The notes beneath the pieces were generated by a model. That model was not told where the DNA came from. It saw only the letters and a program-made list of their open reading frames with translations, and did no database searches. A stretch of 64,000 bases of DNA, taken from assembly GCA_950097015.1 (NCBI GenBank), contig CATNEN010000030.1, forward strand, positions 434,001 to 498,000, read 5' to 3'. Every line of letters starts with the position of its first letter. Position 1 is the first letter of the stretch. Both the position numbers and the translations under genes were made by a program. Positions 34,666 through 47,516 of the stretch are shown here, piece after piece. The DNA comes from Macrostomum hystrix (taxonomy: Eukaryota; Animalia; Platyhelminthes).

Positions 34666-37600
34666 TCACATGGCATGTACTGTGTCCAGCAGCTCTTCGA
34701 CACTTTTGCATGCCTTGTACTTGCATTTGGCCTTGGTTACCACGGCAACCTTGCCGGCCAGCTGCCAGGTCCTGAGTTCGATTCCCGCCGGCGTCTGACG
34801 CCAACCGGACGTGAACGGCACGCAGGTGTCCTCGCGCAATGTCACCACCTGCAGCCTGCCCTTGATTGAGCCGCCGCCGTTGCCGCTTCCAGACGTTGGC
34901 AACGGCAAGAACAGAGTGATCTGCGCGTGCAGCGGCGACTCGGTCACCTGCTCGATGCGTACCAGGTGTCCAACCGACACCAGGTTGTCCACCGCCGGTA
35001 GCACCTGGCGTAGTTCGTCAATTAGTGGTTTATCAATGGCTTCAACTCGCATCTGCAGCTCGATGGCCTTCTCCACAGAGTTGGCGGGAAAGTGCACTCG
35101 GATGCTGGGGTCAAAGGTGGACGCGAACAGACCGCCAGCCTGGGTCACAATGAACACGTCCGGCTGGGCCTGAATCGAGTGACCGCGGCGCTGGCTAAGC
35201 GTGCGCACTGGCAGGCTCGGACTGCGGTCAATTGGAGTCTGCGAACGAAGGTCCTGACTGTTGAAAGGAGACAGGTTTTAACTTTTGTGATATACATATT
35301 TTTGTATCCTGATTGTAGATAAATAAAGTACATCGTTTTCCGTCCTCGTAATCAACTTCACAAAACTTTGACTAGACTGTAATGTATGGCGCATACTTAG
35401 ACTTAGTCTTTCGCAGTGAGCGAATGCTGCGCTTCTTCCAAGACTCGGCTGGCCGGACCATATTCTCATGCAGCAGTGTCTCAACTTCGTTGCACACGCC
35501 CAGCAGATTGTAGTCGATACGATTCTGCATCTTGATACTCGGCTGCAGCTGCTGCTGATGATGTGTCTGGGCTGGCTGGGACCTGGCGGACACAGTCGTT
35601 CGGGCCGGTCGCCTATCCTCGTCATCTGATGTAGTACTGTCCGGCGAGTTCACCAGCTGGTCAATCATGGACGCCTGGTGCAGATCTTGAATAGATGCCA
35701 CCTGTAGAGAAGCCGGGTAGCTGGTCGGATCGTACATGAAGATGTTTCCGTTTGACGGCTGCAGGGGAAGCACCTTGGTTGCCATGACAGCCGACTGTGG
35801 CGGCGGCTGAACGAAGCCTCCAACGAATGATGTCGACATAGGCGTAGGTGTCATGGCTCTACGACGACCTCCAGCCTCAGGCTCTGAGACACTTTCGATG
35901 TTGCTGTCTGGTAGGGCGGAGTGGAACGAGCGCCTGTGCTGCTGCAGGTGCCCGTTGTTGCTCGTCTGTGATGTGTTCCGCTGGGCCGCATTCCGCTTGG
36001 CTGTGCCATGCCCGCCTTTTTTTGTGGCGCCTCCGCCTGTCCCCCCTCCGATGCCATTGCCGTTGCCATTCCTAAGAAATGTTGACTGCGACTTCGAGCG
36101 CAGCTGGTTTTGACGCGTGTCGCCACGACTGGCAGCTTGCGGCCCTCCGACTGACAGCCAAGCCTTGGGTGAGACCTGAGCATGCTGGCCTTGAGGTGCC
36201 TGCAGTTGGTGCGGCTGCTGATGCTGTTGTAACTGAGGCTGCTGAGGATACGCCTGAAGATGCTGGCGCCCTCGGCTACTCGAAGCGCCACCTGTTTCCA
36301 CTTGCCCAGGTAGAACAATCGGCCCCGAGCTGATTGCGTTGCCGTTAATATTAAGGAACTCTAAATTCGCGAGCTCGTTTAGTGTCGGCGGAAGTTGAGT
36401 TAGACGATTGTTGCCTAGGTCCAATGTTCTCAGCCTCTTCAGCAGCGCAATGTCTGGTGGCAGGTAGTAAAGACGATTGTTCTGCAAGAAGAGACGCTCA
36501 AGAGAAGTTGCGTCAGACAAGCCCATGGGAACTGCCTCTAGCAGGTTGTCTGAAAGATTAAGCACCTTCAGGTTGACAAGTTTCTCGACAGAAAGCGACT
36601 TCATGCTGTTGTTAGAGAGGTTCAGTGTTTCTAGAGAGCTACAGTCGCAAGAGAAGGACAGAATCTTGTTGTCTTGCAGGAGCAGTATCTTCAGCTTTGT
36701 CAGGCGCGACAGTCGGTAGGGTACGTGGTTCAGCTGATTGCCAGACAAGTTCAGCAGCACCAGACAACGAATTCCCAGGAGCGATTCGGGCATCACTTCA
36801 AGCTTGTTCTTGGATAGGTTCAGGTCCTGAGGATTTTCAAATGCGATGGAATCCTCTGTCAAATTCAGATTGTCAGATTTGCGCATTTAGTACCTGTCAT
36901 GTGAATGTTAAAATATTTCACATCGACGGTTAATCCTTATCTTAAATGGAGGGGCAACTCTCGGACTCTCGGACTATTTTTGCAGGAATCCGCAGTGAGG
37001 CTAATTTATATGTACGCGTAATTTTGGACATAATGACAATAAGGAATGGCTTGGGGCCTGTGTCTGTGTGACTATGCACCTGCGTATAGTGTGCTCAGCG
37101 TTCAGTAGAAAGGGCATGTGGAATTCGCCTCTGGTGGCTGTAGGTCGACTACTTTTCCCTATAATTGCCACCTTTCATTGAGACGAATAAAAGCTAGACT
37201 CATACATAACTCACTGCAAACTCACCATGAGATTACGCAACTGCTGCATCTCTGGAGGTAGATCAACCAGCCTGTTCCCTTTAAGGCTCAGTTCTCTCAT
37301 CGAACGAATTGAGCAGAGTACTTCGGGCAGCACGTTGAACCGATTGTGAGCCAGATTGAGGCTTCGCAGATTCTTTAAATTCTTCATCGTAAATGGCACT
37401 CCCCATAGTTTATTGTTTTGAGCATTCAAAGTCTTCAAATTCTCCATCTGGCCAATGCCATGCGGTAGCTGCTCAAAATAATTGGATGATATGTTGAGCG
37501 CTTTGAGGTTCTTCATGTAGCCGATAGTTCCAGGCAGGGAGGATAGGTTGTTGTTGGACAGGTCCAGCTCCGAGAGCTGGTTGCAGTTCGAGATTGTGTC

Positions 37601-37903
37601 AGGCACATGCGACAGGCAGTTCAGGTAGGCGTGAAGAGTCTTAAGCCGACGAAACTGTCCGATCTGGTGGCCCAGCCTCTCGAGCCTATTCTTTGAGACA
37701 TTGAGCACTTCGACCCGGCTGAAATTGTAGGCCTCTTGCGGCAAGTCGACAATGTTCTGGGAGCTCAAGTCTAGTTCAATCAGGCCCTCCGAGTTGATTT
37801 TAACCCGGAGTCGCAGAAAGCGCTCCTGGTCCATCTCCCAGGTCACCGGACTGAAGTACGTGTCCGGATAAAGTCGGCTTATATCCGAGCGCACTAGGTC
37901 CAT
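34666..37903 (-). CDS. Leucine-rich repeat protein with a low-complexity linker and a C-terminal ZU5-like domain; one apparent +1 frameshift near 36879-36881
   Basis: Exons 37903-37226, 36893-35397, 35257-34666 with canonical GT-AG. Many LxxLxLxxNxL repeats; VFIVTQAGGLFASTFDPSIRVHFPANSV resembles a ZU5 start. About 920 aa after correction. Confidence 0.8.
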
Positions 37904-40900
37904 TCCGCTTCGCTGAACTCGATCTATGATAGACTCTGTAAAGCTCTCAATTCCAGCCCGCTATGAGCTGCTGAAGTGATGCAGTCAGGCCCGCGAGGAG
38001 AAAAAAATTACTCACAACTATAGGCGTATCCTAGGCCGCAAGTGGTATTGGATTTTTACAGACCGGTTTGCGCTCTGCGCTCAGCTTTATGGAACCCCCA
38101 TAGTCCAAAGCTCTCACAGATTCCGCATTGTCCCCTGAACTCGCAGTTTCCGTCTTCAGACTCAACTCAATCAGCAAGCAGCTAGTGTCCAGTTTACCGT
38201 TGTGTTGCGGAATGGTACGTATCCTCTTTTCATTTATTCATGAGACGTGAGCAACTCAAACTTAACTACCGCCTCCCTGCACGAAGCAGGTAGTCTGTTC
38301 CCACGTTCCATCTAATTCCTGATCAATTTACTTTCCCACCGCCAATTCCCATCCCTTTAATCTCTTCACGGGCAGGAGGCCAGGGCTTCACTGCAGGAAG
38401 GCGTCCCCCGTGCATTTCTTGGCTCTCTTGATGTCCTTAAAACATAGTGGCAGTTAGCTCTAAATGTCTTCCTTATATCCTTCCTATACTTGTTTTCCGC
38501 TTATAGCCATTGATTTGAATTGTCGTAGAAAATTTAGAAGTGGTGGAATGTGAGATTGGATCGGAGCAAAATTAGACACTATATGTACGATTCTTGACCC
38601 CTTGTTGTGTTGCTGGGCAGAGTGGGATACAATTTAGTACAGCTACTTCGACGAATGCAATCTAGAACTAGTTTGGGCTGCAATTTAAATGACATTCCTC
38701 TAAAATTTTACTGCGCATTTACAATTAGGTTGTACCTTAAACACTTTTAACATCACCCAGTTTTAATAAAAGCAATGAGTCATCGAAATTGTTTTCTGCC
38801 ATGCAGCATAGCACTTCATTTCAATAAAAACCAATTAGAATGAAAATATATTTTCATTTGTGATCATTGTGATCCGGAAGACGGGTCTGTGTATCGAGAT
38901 CTGTTGTGTTACGTGCGTGATCTACTTGTATACTTAACTTATATGCATGAAATAAATAAATCGTAAATCGAGTCCATATCGGGCTACTTAATTTGTCTTC
39001 GGTGTTATATTTCTGTCATTTTCTATATGAAAAAAATTCTATCTAAAAGAGAGAAAGTAAAATTATTTCTAGGATCGATTGCTGAGATAAGTTCTGTGGA
39101 CTTTTCTCTCAGATCAAGCTGCTTTTTACGACTTTCTAAATAAAAAAGTTAACTTCTTAAAAATAAATTATACAAAAAATTTACATAGAACTTTATTGAA
39201 AAATAGTATTTTCATAGTTTATGTTTACTTGTTTATTATTTCTATAGACTATAATCTAGATAATTTGTTAGCCTGCATGAGTTTAAATTCTTTTGAACTT
39301 TCACGCTTTCCTGCAATCTATATGAGATCATCTTTCCAAAGAGGTTTCATGACATGAAGTTCACGGACTTCTTATGTCCCAGTAAGGAAGAAATTAACTT
39401 TTTGTATTAGTGGGACAACATTTTCGGGTGCAATATGTAAATGGAAAAATAAAGAAGAGGCTGTATTGAGTCTCCTCCTCCTGACCCCAATATTATACGC
39501 ACATGCAGGTAACGCATGTCGAAGTGTATGTAGTAAAATATCCGGCAAACTTTCTTGAAACTCGTAGTTCGTGGCGTTATATTCTTTTAATGCGCATTAA
39601 TATCCAAATTTTTTTTAATTAATATCCTATGTTTATCGCTGTGGCGTACACAATGGTTGTTTCCTTTTTCTAGCTATGTTCGTTTGCTTTATTTTTATTT
39701 TGTCTTAAAAGAGCTTTTCCTAAATATTTTGACAAAAGTTGTAATTTATAACATAAATTTAGAAACACATATATTATATTATTCTTTTTCATATATATCC
39801 ACTCAATGGCTAACATTTTCGATGTCCATATGACCAAATACAAAGATAAAAAACATTGAGCCAACAGTTCAGGACTTAGGCAGGAAAAAGATTCTGGATC
39901 CAGGCATAATTTTTTTGCATTTTAAATAAACTGTTAAAGAAGATTTGTGAATGAAAGTATGAAACTACAGTTATGCCTAGATGCAGGTATCATTTTCTCC
40001 ATACAATGATGCTTCAAAGTTGATGTCGGGACTTTAGTAGGGAGAATTAAAATGTGATTTAGCAACCAAGCTTGATAAAAGGCAATGCCAGTGTTAGACT
40101 GAGACTGTCAGTGTGGTAGGTGCCATGTTACTACTACTAGTGTATAATTTTTGGTACCAGTCAATGCTTTTTGGTATAGCTCTTGGAGTGGGGACTGCTT
40201 TTTGGTACTATGTAGTGTATTTGAAAAGTTTGAGCTACATAATATGCACTTTAAAAATGATGTTTTTATTAGGATTTTAACAAATACTTTCAGACACCTA
40301 ATTTGATGGCATTTTGCCTTTTGGAAAGTTTCCATAAAAATAGTCTTAAAGGTATTAAAACTAATTTCTTTAGAAATCAAGTAACAAGTTTGTATTCAGT
40401 CTTGAGTCTAATCTTCAGTGACCACAGTTCTTAGTAAGCTTGTTTTCAAATTAGATAGATGTATACAGAGTAACAAAAGATAGCAAAATATTGTTTTGGG
40501 TAGGCCTACCAAAAAATACCAAAAAGCATTCCTTATTCCAGGAGCTGGATTCTGGATCCAGGCATAATTTTTTTGTATTTTAAATAAACTGTTAAAATAC
40601 CAAAAAGCACTGACTAGTACTGAAATGCATGGAATCTAGTGTGGTGTATAGACAGCTATCCACAGCTGGTACAGTACTCTAGTGTTGGACTTTACTGTTT
40701 AAATGTGGCTTTTCAGAGAATATCAAACCCAAATCAGAATGGACAAATGTAGACTTTCTAAATATGAGAATTTTTGGAAAACAAAAAAGCATATTTAAAA
40801 AAGATCATACTTTCTGCTCATAAAACAGTAGCCCATGACCCTTTAAATGCAATAGCCAGTGTTTAAGAACAATTTTGTGATAATTGAGTCTAACAGATTA

Positions 40901-41046
40901 TACATGTAATTTCATGCATTCATTGGTTTTAGTTTAAGCTTAAATAATGACATTTGTACAGCAAATGAATATTATTTTTAAAAATAAGAAACAAACACTA
41001 AAAGTACTTCTGAAATCTAACCATCAGCAACTTCTTTTTTCTGTTT

Positions 41047-41342
41047 ATGCGCAACCTCCCAAATCTTAGCCGGCCGTGCGACTTAGTTTTTGTTCTATTT
41101 ACGACTTATTATTTTTCTCATTTGCAACTTAGTTCATTTCATTGCTCTATTTACAACTTAGTTTGCTCTCATTTGCTCTCTTTTTCTCTCCCCTTTTTCC
41201 TTTTCTTCATGCCTTCCTTTTTTGTCCCTTGGTCCCCCTTTGATTTTTTTGTGCTTGGTCGATTGGTTTTTGCGACTTACCTTGCTTGGCCCTCGTTTCA
41301 CCCAGCCGGTTCGGCCGGGTCGGCCAGGTGTTGCACATGTAT
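41047..41342. mobile_element. Dispersed MITE-like repeat, copy 2
   Basis: Similar to 2420-2682 over most of its length. Confidence 0.6.
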
Positions 41343-42000
41343 GTTGAGAATCCTCTGAGATTGGAAGCTTAACTTTTAAGGCTTAAGGATAAAATCATCA
41401 AAACTTCTGATTTCAACAATTCTTAAAATAGCAATTTGCCAGAAACTAATTTATGTACAATTCCATTAAAATGTATTTATTTATGCGCAATTTTCTTCAG
41501 CAAAAAATATATAGTCACTTGTAATTTAAATTATAAAGTTTTGTCTTAAGATATAGTTTTTACATTATATTGTTTGCATAATTTGTAAATATATCCATCT
41601 CAAAACAAGTTGCTATTGTAGCATACAAAGGCAACTTCATTTGAAACTTTATATTAGAAGTCAATGGCAGTTTATTATTAGATATATATTAGTACACAAA
41701 TAAGAGCTTTGTAATATCATTATAAATTGCTTGCAATATTGCCAAATTGATCCCATTTTATTTACTAACACCTCAAAGGTATTGTCACAGTTGCCATAAA
41801 TTTGCATTACCAACTTATTGTTACCATTATATTTTAGATGCACTGTTGAATTCTTGATTGCCCATTTTTTCCTGCACACAATGTTTCTGTATTTTTGTAA
41901 CTGTAATGCAGTGTCGTATGTATTTTAACTATGCTTTGCAGCTCGCACCTTAGCAGGGGTGCTTCTAAATCTGACACACTCTTACACCTAAAATAAACAA

Positions 42001-45000
42001 ATGGAGCCCCAATTGGCGGCCAAATCTAAGGCGGATCGCACCAGAAATGTGTGCATTCTGGCCCATGTAGACCATGGCAAGACCACACTGGCCGACTGTC
42101 TCATTGCAACCAATGGCATCATACCCAGCCGCTCTGTGGCCCGACTGCGCTACATGGACAGCCTAGAGCAGGAGCAGGAACGCGGCATCACCATGAAAAG
42201 TTCAATTATATCATTGCTGTTTAATAGACCAGTTTCGGCCGACCAGTATGTCATTAACCTCATCGATAGTCCGGGACATATTGACTTCTCGTCTGAGGTG
42301 AGACATTTGACTCAAGAAAAAAGGTTTATCTGTAACTTTTAACTATACACACAAACTTTTATTGTCAGGCAGTGTACATGCTCAGATGAATGGGGCCTCT
42401 CTACTTTAATCCCGCACTCAACTCTCTTCCCTGGATGGTGTGGATGGGTGGTAGAGCGCGGTTAGCGTGTTTTAGTCACACCAAGATCCCTGAGCTCGAA
42501 TCCCTGGCCAAGCTACTATAATTCTGGCGCAGCCGTGGAGAGAAGGCTTGTTCCTTTTAAGCCCCTTGAGGCCAACACGAAGGCACATTGAGAGTTTACA
42601 CAGTCCTAAAATAAAAGAGTCGGGGCAGATGTACGCGCCTGTGCAAATGTACTACTACTACTACTACTACTACTAATAATAATAATAATAACGTATGATT
42701 AATATTAAATTATTCGCAGGTATCGGCCGCCGTTCGTCTCAGCGACGGCGCCATCGTAGTTGTCGACGCCGTTGAAGGCGTCTCGCCCCAGACTGTGGCC
42801 GTACTGCGTCAGGCCTGGCGCGAGAGCGTCTACCCTGTGCTGCTAATAAACAAGATTGACCGCCTAGTGCTGGAGCTCCGGCTAAGCCCAACTGACGCGT
42901 ATCATCACCTGTGGAAACTAATTGAATCTGTTAATGCCCTGATGGCCGAACTCTATCGGATGGAATTCTTTGAACGCCAGGAGCAAGAAGAGCAGCAACA
43001 GCAGCGGGAGCAGAAGTCGGAACAGCCACAGTCGCCCCAGCCGGAGCAGCCGAATACATTCGACGGTGTGACCGAGGTGACTCATGGCAGCGATTGGCTA
43101 AGCGGCCTGGAATCAGCCGAAGACGAGCACGTTTATTTTGCTCCCGCGCGCGGCAATGTCGTATTCGCCAGCGCCCTGGACGGCTGGGGCTTTCGCCTGG
43201 CCGACTTTGCCCGCCTGCTGGCCAAACGGCTCGGCTGCAGCGAACGAATTCTGTGCCGGGCGCTTTGGGGCGATTATTTCTATGCGGCTAAGGAAAAGAA
43301 GGTAGGGGGTCGGTGGCAGAGCGGTTAACGCTTTTGCCTCTCGCACCAATGTCCCTGAGCTCGATTCTGCGGCGATGCCACATTTGGGGCGCAGCCGCGG
43401 AGAGAAGGCTTGGGGACTTTTCGTGCAATTTACGCCCTTGACCCGAAGGCACAGTGAAGTGTACACTGAATGACGATGAGAAAGTCAGTGCAGATGTACA
43501 CAACTGTGTGAGCGTGTGCCTGTATACGTGTGTGAGCGTGTGCTCAGGAGTCAGCGAAATGGGCAGAATTGCCTCCTCGCTGGCTGCGGGTCTAGTGTCA
43601 CCAAATGATGTGCCATTGCCCGCAGCCCTCCTGCAATTCAAATTTTTCTTTTTAAGGAGAAGAAGGTAGGCCTAGCTGAATAAATTGTGCATCGGCTTTG
43701 GCCTTGGCCTTTTCCCAAATGTGCTGGCCCCAAATGAATCAGATTTAATTTCTCGCATTTCCCATTTTTAAAGTAATTATACGTTTTTACGAATCTCAGT
43801 GATTTTAAATGACGCAACTCTCTTCCTTTTTTAAATACATGATTTTCGGGTCTGCCAAATTTGACTGCTGCCATTTGACTTGCAGCGATTTGACTCTAGC
43901 CTAAACCTAAATCTAACCCTAACCTTTCTTAAAACCCAAGCCTAAATGTCGCTGGCATTCAAATTGCTGTAAGTCAAATGTCGCTGGAAATCTAATTGCT
44001 GGAAGTCTAATTGTTGGAAGTCTAATTGCTGGAAGTTTAATTGTTGGAAGTTTAATTGCTGGAAGTCTAATTGTTGGAAGTTTAATTGATGGAAGTCTAA
44101 TTGTTAGAAAGTCTAATTGATGGAAGTCTAATTGTTGGAAGTCTAATTGCTGGAAGTCTAATTGCTGGAAGTCTAATGTCGCAAATGTCGTGCTCGACAA
44201 TTTTTGCAGCAAAAGGCTACTTTAATTAGTAGTAGTTGAATATTTCCACCTTCAACCTGCCGCAGGTATACCGAGGCGCCAGTGTGAAAGGCCGCAAGCC
44301 TCTATTTGTCCAACTAGTGCTGGAGAATCTGTGGACTGTGTACGACAATTTCATAATTAATCGCGACCCGGATCGCATAAGTCGCATGTGCGCCAGTCTG
44401 GATATTCGCCTAACCCAGCGCGACCTGAAATCGGGCTCCGATCCGCACTCAACTCTGGCCGCATTCTCAGCCCAATGGCTGCCGGTGGCCAGGGCGGTCC
44501 TAGAAGCCGTTGTCGACCGCTGCCCTTCGCCTCGTCAGCTGAGTGTTGACAAGGTTGGCTCTATTTAAAACCGTACTTTTACTGATTGTTTATTATTAGT
44601 ATGCTGTTAGCTTTGAAGGACTACGCAATTTTTCCAATAGTCTCAATACAATATAATCAGCAATAGGATCAATACAATATAGTCATGCTTTCATACTTTT
44701 TCTACATGGGTGTTTTTCCACCAGACACCCCAACGTGAATCGTTAAATATATGGATGTGTGTAGTGTGTAGATTATAGTTGATCTATAAGTAAATTTGTC
44801 TAATTATCAAACTGTCGTCGATCTCGCAGGTAAATCGTCTGCTAACTATCGGCGGCACTGAAGCCGTCGCGGCAGTCACTAGCGAACAAGCCGACACACT
44901 TCGGCGGCATTTTCTCGCCTGCAGTCCGGACGGGCCACTGTTTGCGTTCGCCTCCAAGATGATGGCCGTACCGGCTAGCTGCATCGTGGAACCAGCGCCA

Positions 45001-47380
45001 ACCGGTTTGACAGCCGCTCCGCCGCCAGCCAATACCGAGGCGTCATTAGCAACTGACGGCGAATTAGAACAGCGCAGATTGGAAGCCCGCCGACAATGGG
45101 AGTCGATGCGTGTCGCCAAAGCTGCTGCTGCTGCTGCTGGCAATGGTGAGGCTGACACTGGCTCTGCTAAAGACGCGGAGGCTACACCGTCATTTAAGTC
45201 TGACATTGTAGCCCACGTGGCCTTCTGCCGCATCTACTCCGGAACTGTGCGCCCCGGCGATCGGCTATATGTCCTCTCCCCGCGGCATCGGCCAGACAAA
45301 CTGCCGCCTAGCCTGGCCGCGGCCGAGCTCAAGCCAACTGATCCGGACGCTGAGAAGCGCCTAGCAGACGCTGGCCTGAGGCACGTCAGCGTCTGCACGG
45401 TCCATCGGGTGCTACTAATGCGCGGTCGCGATTTCGAATCCGTGCCCGGCGCTGGCGCCGGCGCCATTGTTGGCATCGAGGGCCTAGCTGACTTGGTGGT
45501 AAAGACGGCTACGCTAAGCGCCACCCTGGCCTGCCCGGCATTCACCGACATGGCCTCGGAGGCGACGCCGATCATCCGGGTTGCTGTCGAATGCGTCAAT
45601 CCGGCTGATCAGGGCCGCCTTTTGGCCGGCCTTCGACTGCTGGAGCGTCATGATCCCGGCGCCGAGGTGCTGCTCGAAGACTCCGGCGAAAACGTTGTGT
45701 GCTCCAGCGGAGAAGTGCACCTGGCCAAGTGCTTGCAAGATTTAAAAGAGTGCTACGCCAAGGTGAGCAGTGTGTGGGGTAGGGGGTTTGTACTTTGGAA
45801 TTCCTTTTTGAACCTTAATTAACTGACTGTTTCTCTTTCAGGTGGAATTCACCACATCACCAATTGTGGTGCCATTCCGCGAGACCCTGGCTACAGACGA
45901 CGATTTGGCTGCAGCCGCCGCCGCGGCAACCAATGCCACCGATGATCCGGACGGCGATGCCGACGATGCCGACGAAGCGCCTCCAGAGGAGCTGCTCAGC
46001 CAATTAGACATTGGCGAAGCTGGCAAAGACGATCCGGACATTCTGGAAGGCGCGGTTGGCCGTGGCCTTGTCTGCTGCCGTATGCAGGCTCGCGACCCAG
46101 AACGTCACCTGGCTTTGACAGTGCGCGCCGTTCCGCTGCCGCCAGGTGCTGTTCGCCTTCTCGAACTGCACGCCGATGCGCTTCGCCGTCGCCCTGCTGG
46201 CGCAGCGACGCCGAAGAGTGCCGTCGACTCGTCGCTTGACACCCTGCGAGACGGCCTTCGCAACGAACTGCTCACCGTTGATTCCTCATCAACAGCTTCC
46301 ACTGGCAGCGCTGAGACCGTCTGCAACATTGCCGAATGCGCCGTCCTGGCTGCCGGACCCAGGCGCGATCCATCCAACCTGCTGCTGCTTAGTCCTTCTG
46401 CCCGCCTGCCTGACGGCACGCTGCCAACGCCGCTCTTCTCATTGTTGCCCGGCGGTGGCGCTGACGGTTCTTCGACTGTCGCCGGATCGTCGACAGCTGG
46501 ATCTAACTCGCATCTTTTCCAGGCCTTGATCAACGGCTTCCAGTGGACTAGTCAGCAAGGTCCGCTGTGCCATGAGCCACTGCGCGGCGTCGCCTTTGTC
46601 CTGCTTGATGTCTGCGAGGTCGCTGCCTCCGACGATTCCATTCGCTACCCGGAGCTAACTGTCTCGGCTGGCCAGCTGATGAGCCACGCCAGCAAGACCT
46701 TCGGCAAGGCTTTCCTTTGCCACGCCAATCGGAGACTCATGCTGGCCGCTTATACTGTAGATGTGCAGTGCCGTAGCGAGGTTTGTCCTATTCTTTATGC
46801 ATTCGCCAAGGATGGGTTCGCCCACTGAATGACTGGTTTTGTGGTAGCATATGACCTGCTGAATGACTGGTTTTGCGGTAGCATATGACCTGCTGAATGA
46901 CTGGTTTTGCGGTAGCATTTGCAAAGGCCACTGAAAGACTATTGAATCATCATCTAACCCGAGGCTCAGTTCTCAGTATAAAAAACCCACTGACGCCCTC
47001 ATTTGCCTACCCATCAGGTGCTAGGCAAGGTGCACGCAGTACTGGCTAAGCATCAAGGCCGCATTGTGTCGGAGGATCTGCGCGAAGGCACCAATATGTT
47101 CGCCCTGCGCTGCCACATGCCAGTCATTGAAAGCTTCGGCCTGGCTGACGAGCTGCGGAAGCGGACTTCGGGCTTCGCCGGAGCCCAGCTGCGCTTCAGT
47201 CATTGGGCTCTGTGCGACTGGGATCCGCTGCTCCTGCCTAGAGAGGACGACGATCTGCATGACGAACGCATGCGGGTTGTCAACTACCTGATGGACGCCA
47301 GGAAGCGCAAGGGAATGACTGTTCGACAGCAGATCGTGCAGCACGCTGATAAGCAGCGAACCCGTAGCAGGAAGAAGTAG
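42001..47380 (+). CDS. EFL1: Elongation factor-like GTPase 1 (ribosome maturation, EF-2 family)
   Basis: Exons 42001-42297, 42720-43301, 44266-44553, 44830-45762, 45842-46780, 47018-47380, all phase 0. [39 protein letters not shown]|[35 protein letters not shown]; about 1133 aa. Confidence 0.96.
42440..42692 (+). mobile_element. Diverged SINE family A relative in EFL1 intron 1
   Basis: tRNA-like head (ggtagagcgcggttagc ... gctcgaatcc), shared ggcgcagccgtggagagaaggctt, and a (TAC)n(TAA)n tail. Confidence 0.65.
43307..43652 (+). mobile_element. SINE family A copy inserted at the EFL1 exon 2 donor
   Basis: Near-full-length unit; 18-bp TSD taaggaaaagaaggtagg (43289-43306) and taaggagaagaaggtagg (43653-43670). 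Confidence 0.9.
43985..44178. repeat. 15-bp minisatellite (aattgctggaagtct) in EFL1 intron 2
   Basis: About 13 units. Confidence 0.9.
46827..46920. repeat. 34-bp tandem repeat in EFL1 intron 5
   Basis: About 2.7 copies of gaatgactggttttgcggtagcatatgacctgct. Confidence 0.85.
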
Positions 47381-47516
47381 GTGGTAAATAGACTTGCATC
47401 TAGGGCTTGCGTGGCTTCGACTGTGTACTTGCCAGATCCTCATTGTGACATTGTGGTTAGAGCTTTGAAATTCTGATCGAGTTGTTGTTGTGAGTTCGAA
47501 TCTTAGGTTAGAGCAC

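Noticed and set aside
25098-36896. Programmed ribosomal frameshifting as an explanation for the three frame breaks
   Set aside because: There is no shared slippery or stop motif; all three are single extra bases in homopolymers, typical of long-read error.
39890-40620. 49-bp direct repeat (39890-39938 and 40548-40596) and a short inverted pair (40154-40176 and 40598-40620)
   Set aside because: Real, but with no element boundaries or other copies in the window; likely decayed repeat debris.
43462-43502. CTGACGA...GAAA in SINE A resembling a hammerhead core
   Set aside because: Only three nucleotides separate the motifs, too few for stem II; the region folds better as a simple hairpin.
43560-43640. 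GCCTCCTCGCTGGC in SINE A is identical to the P3/L3 segment of the HDV genomic ribozyme
   Set aside because: The strand complementary to the following TGCGGGT lies downstream rather than upstream, the GG needed for P1.1 is absent, and other copies break P3. The canonical HDV fold cannot be built by eye; an Infernal or RNArobo search would settle it.
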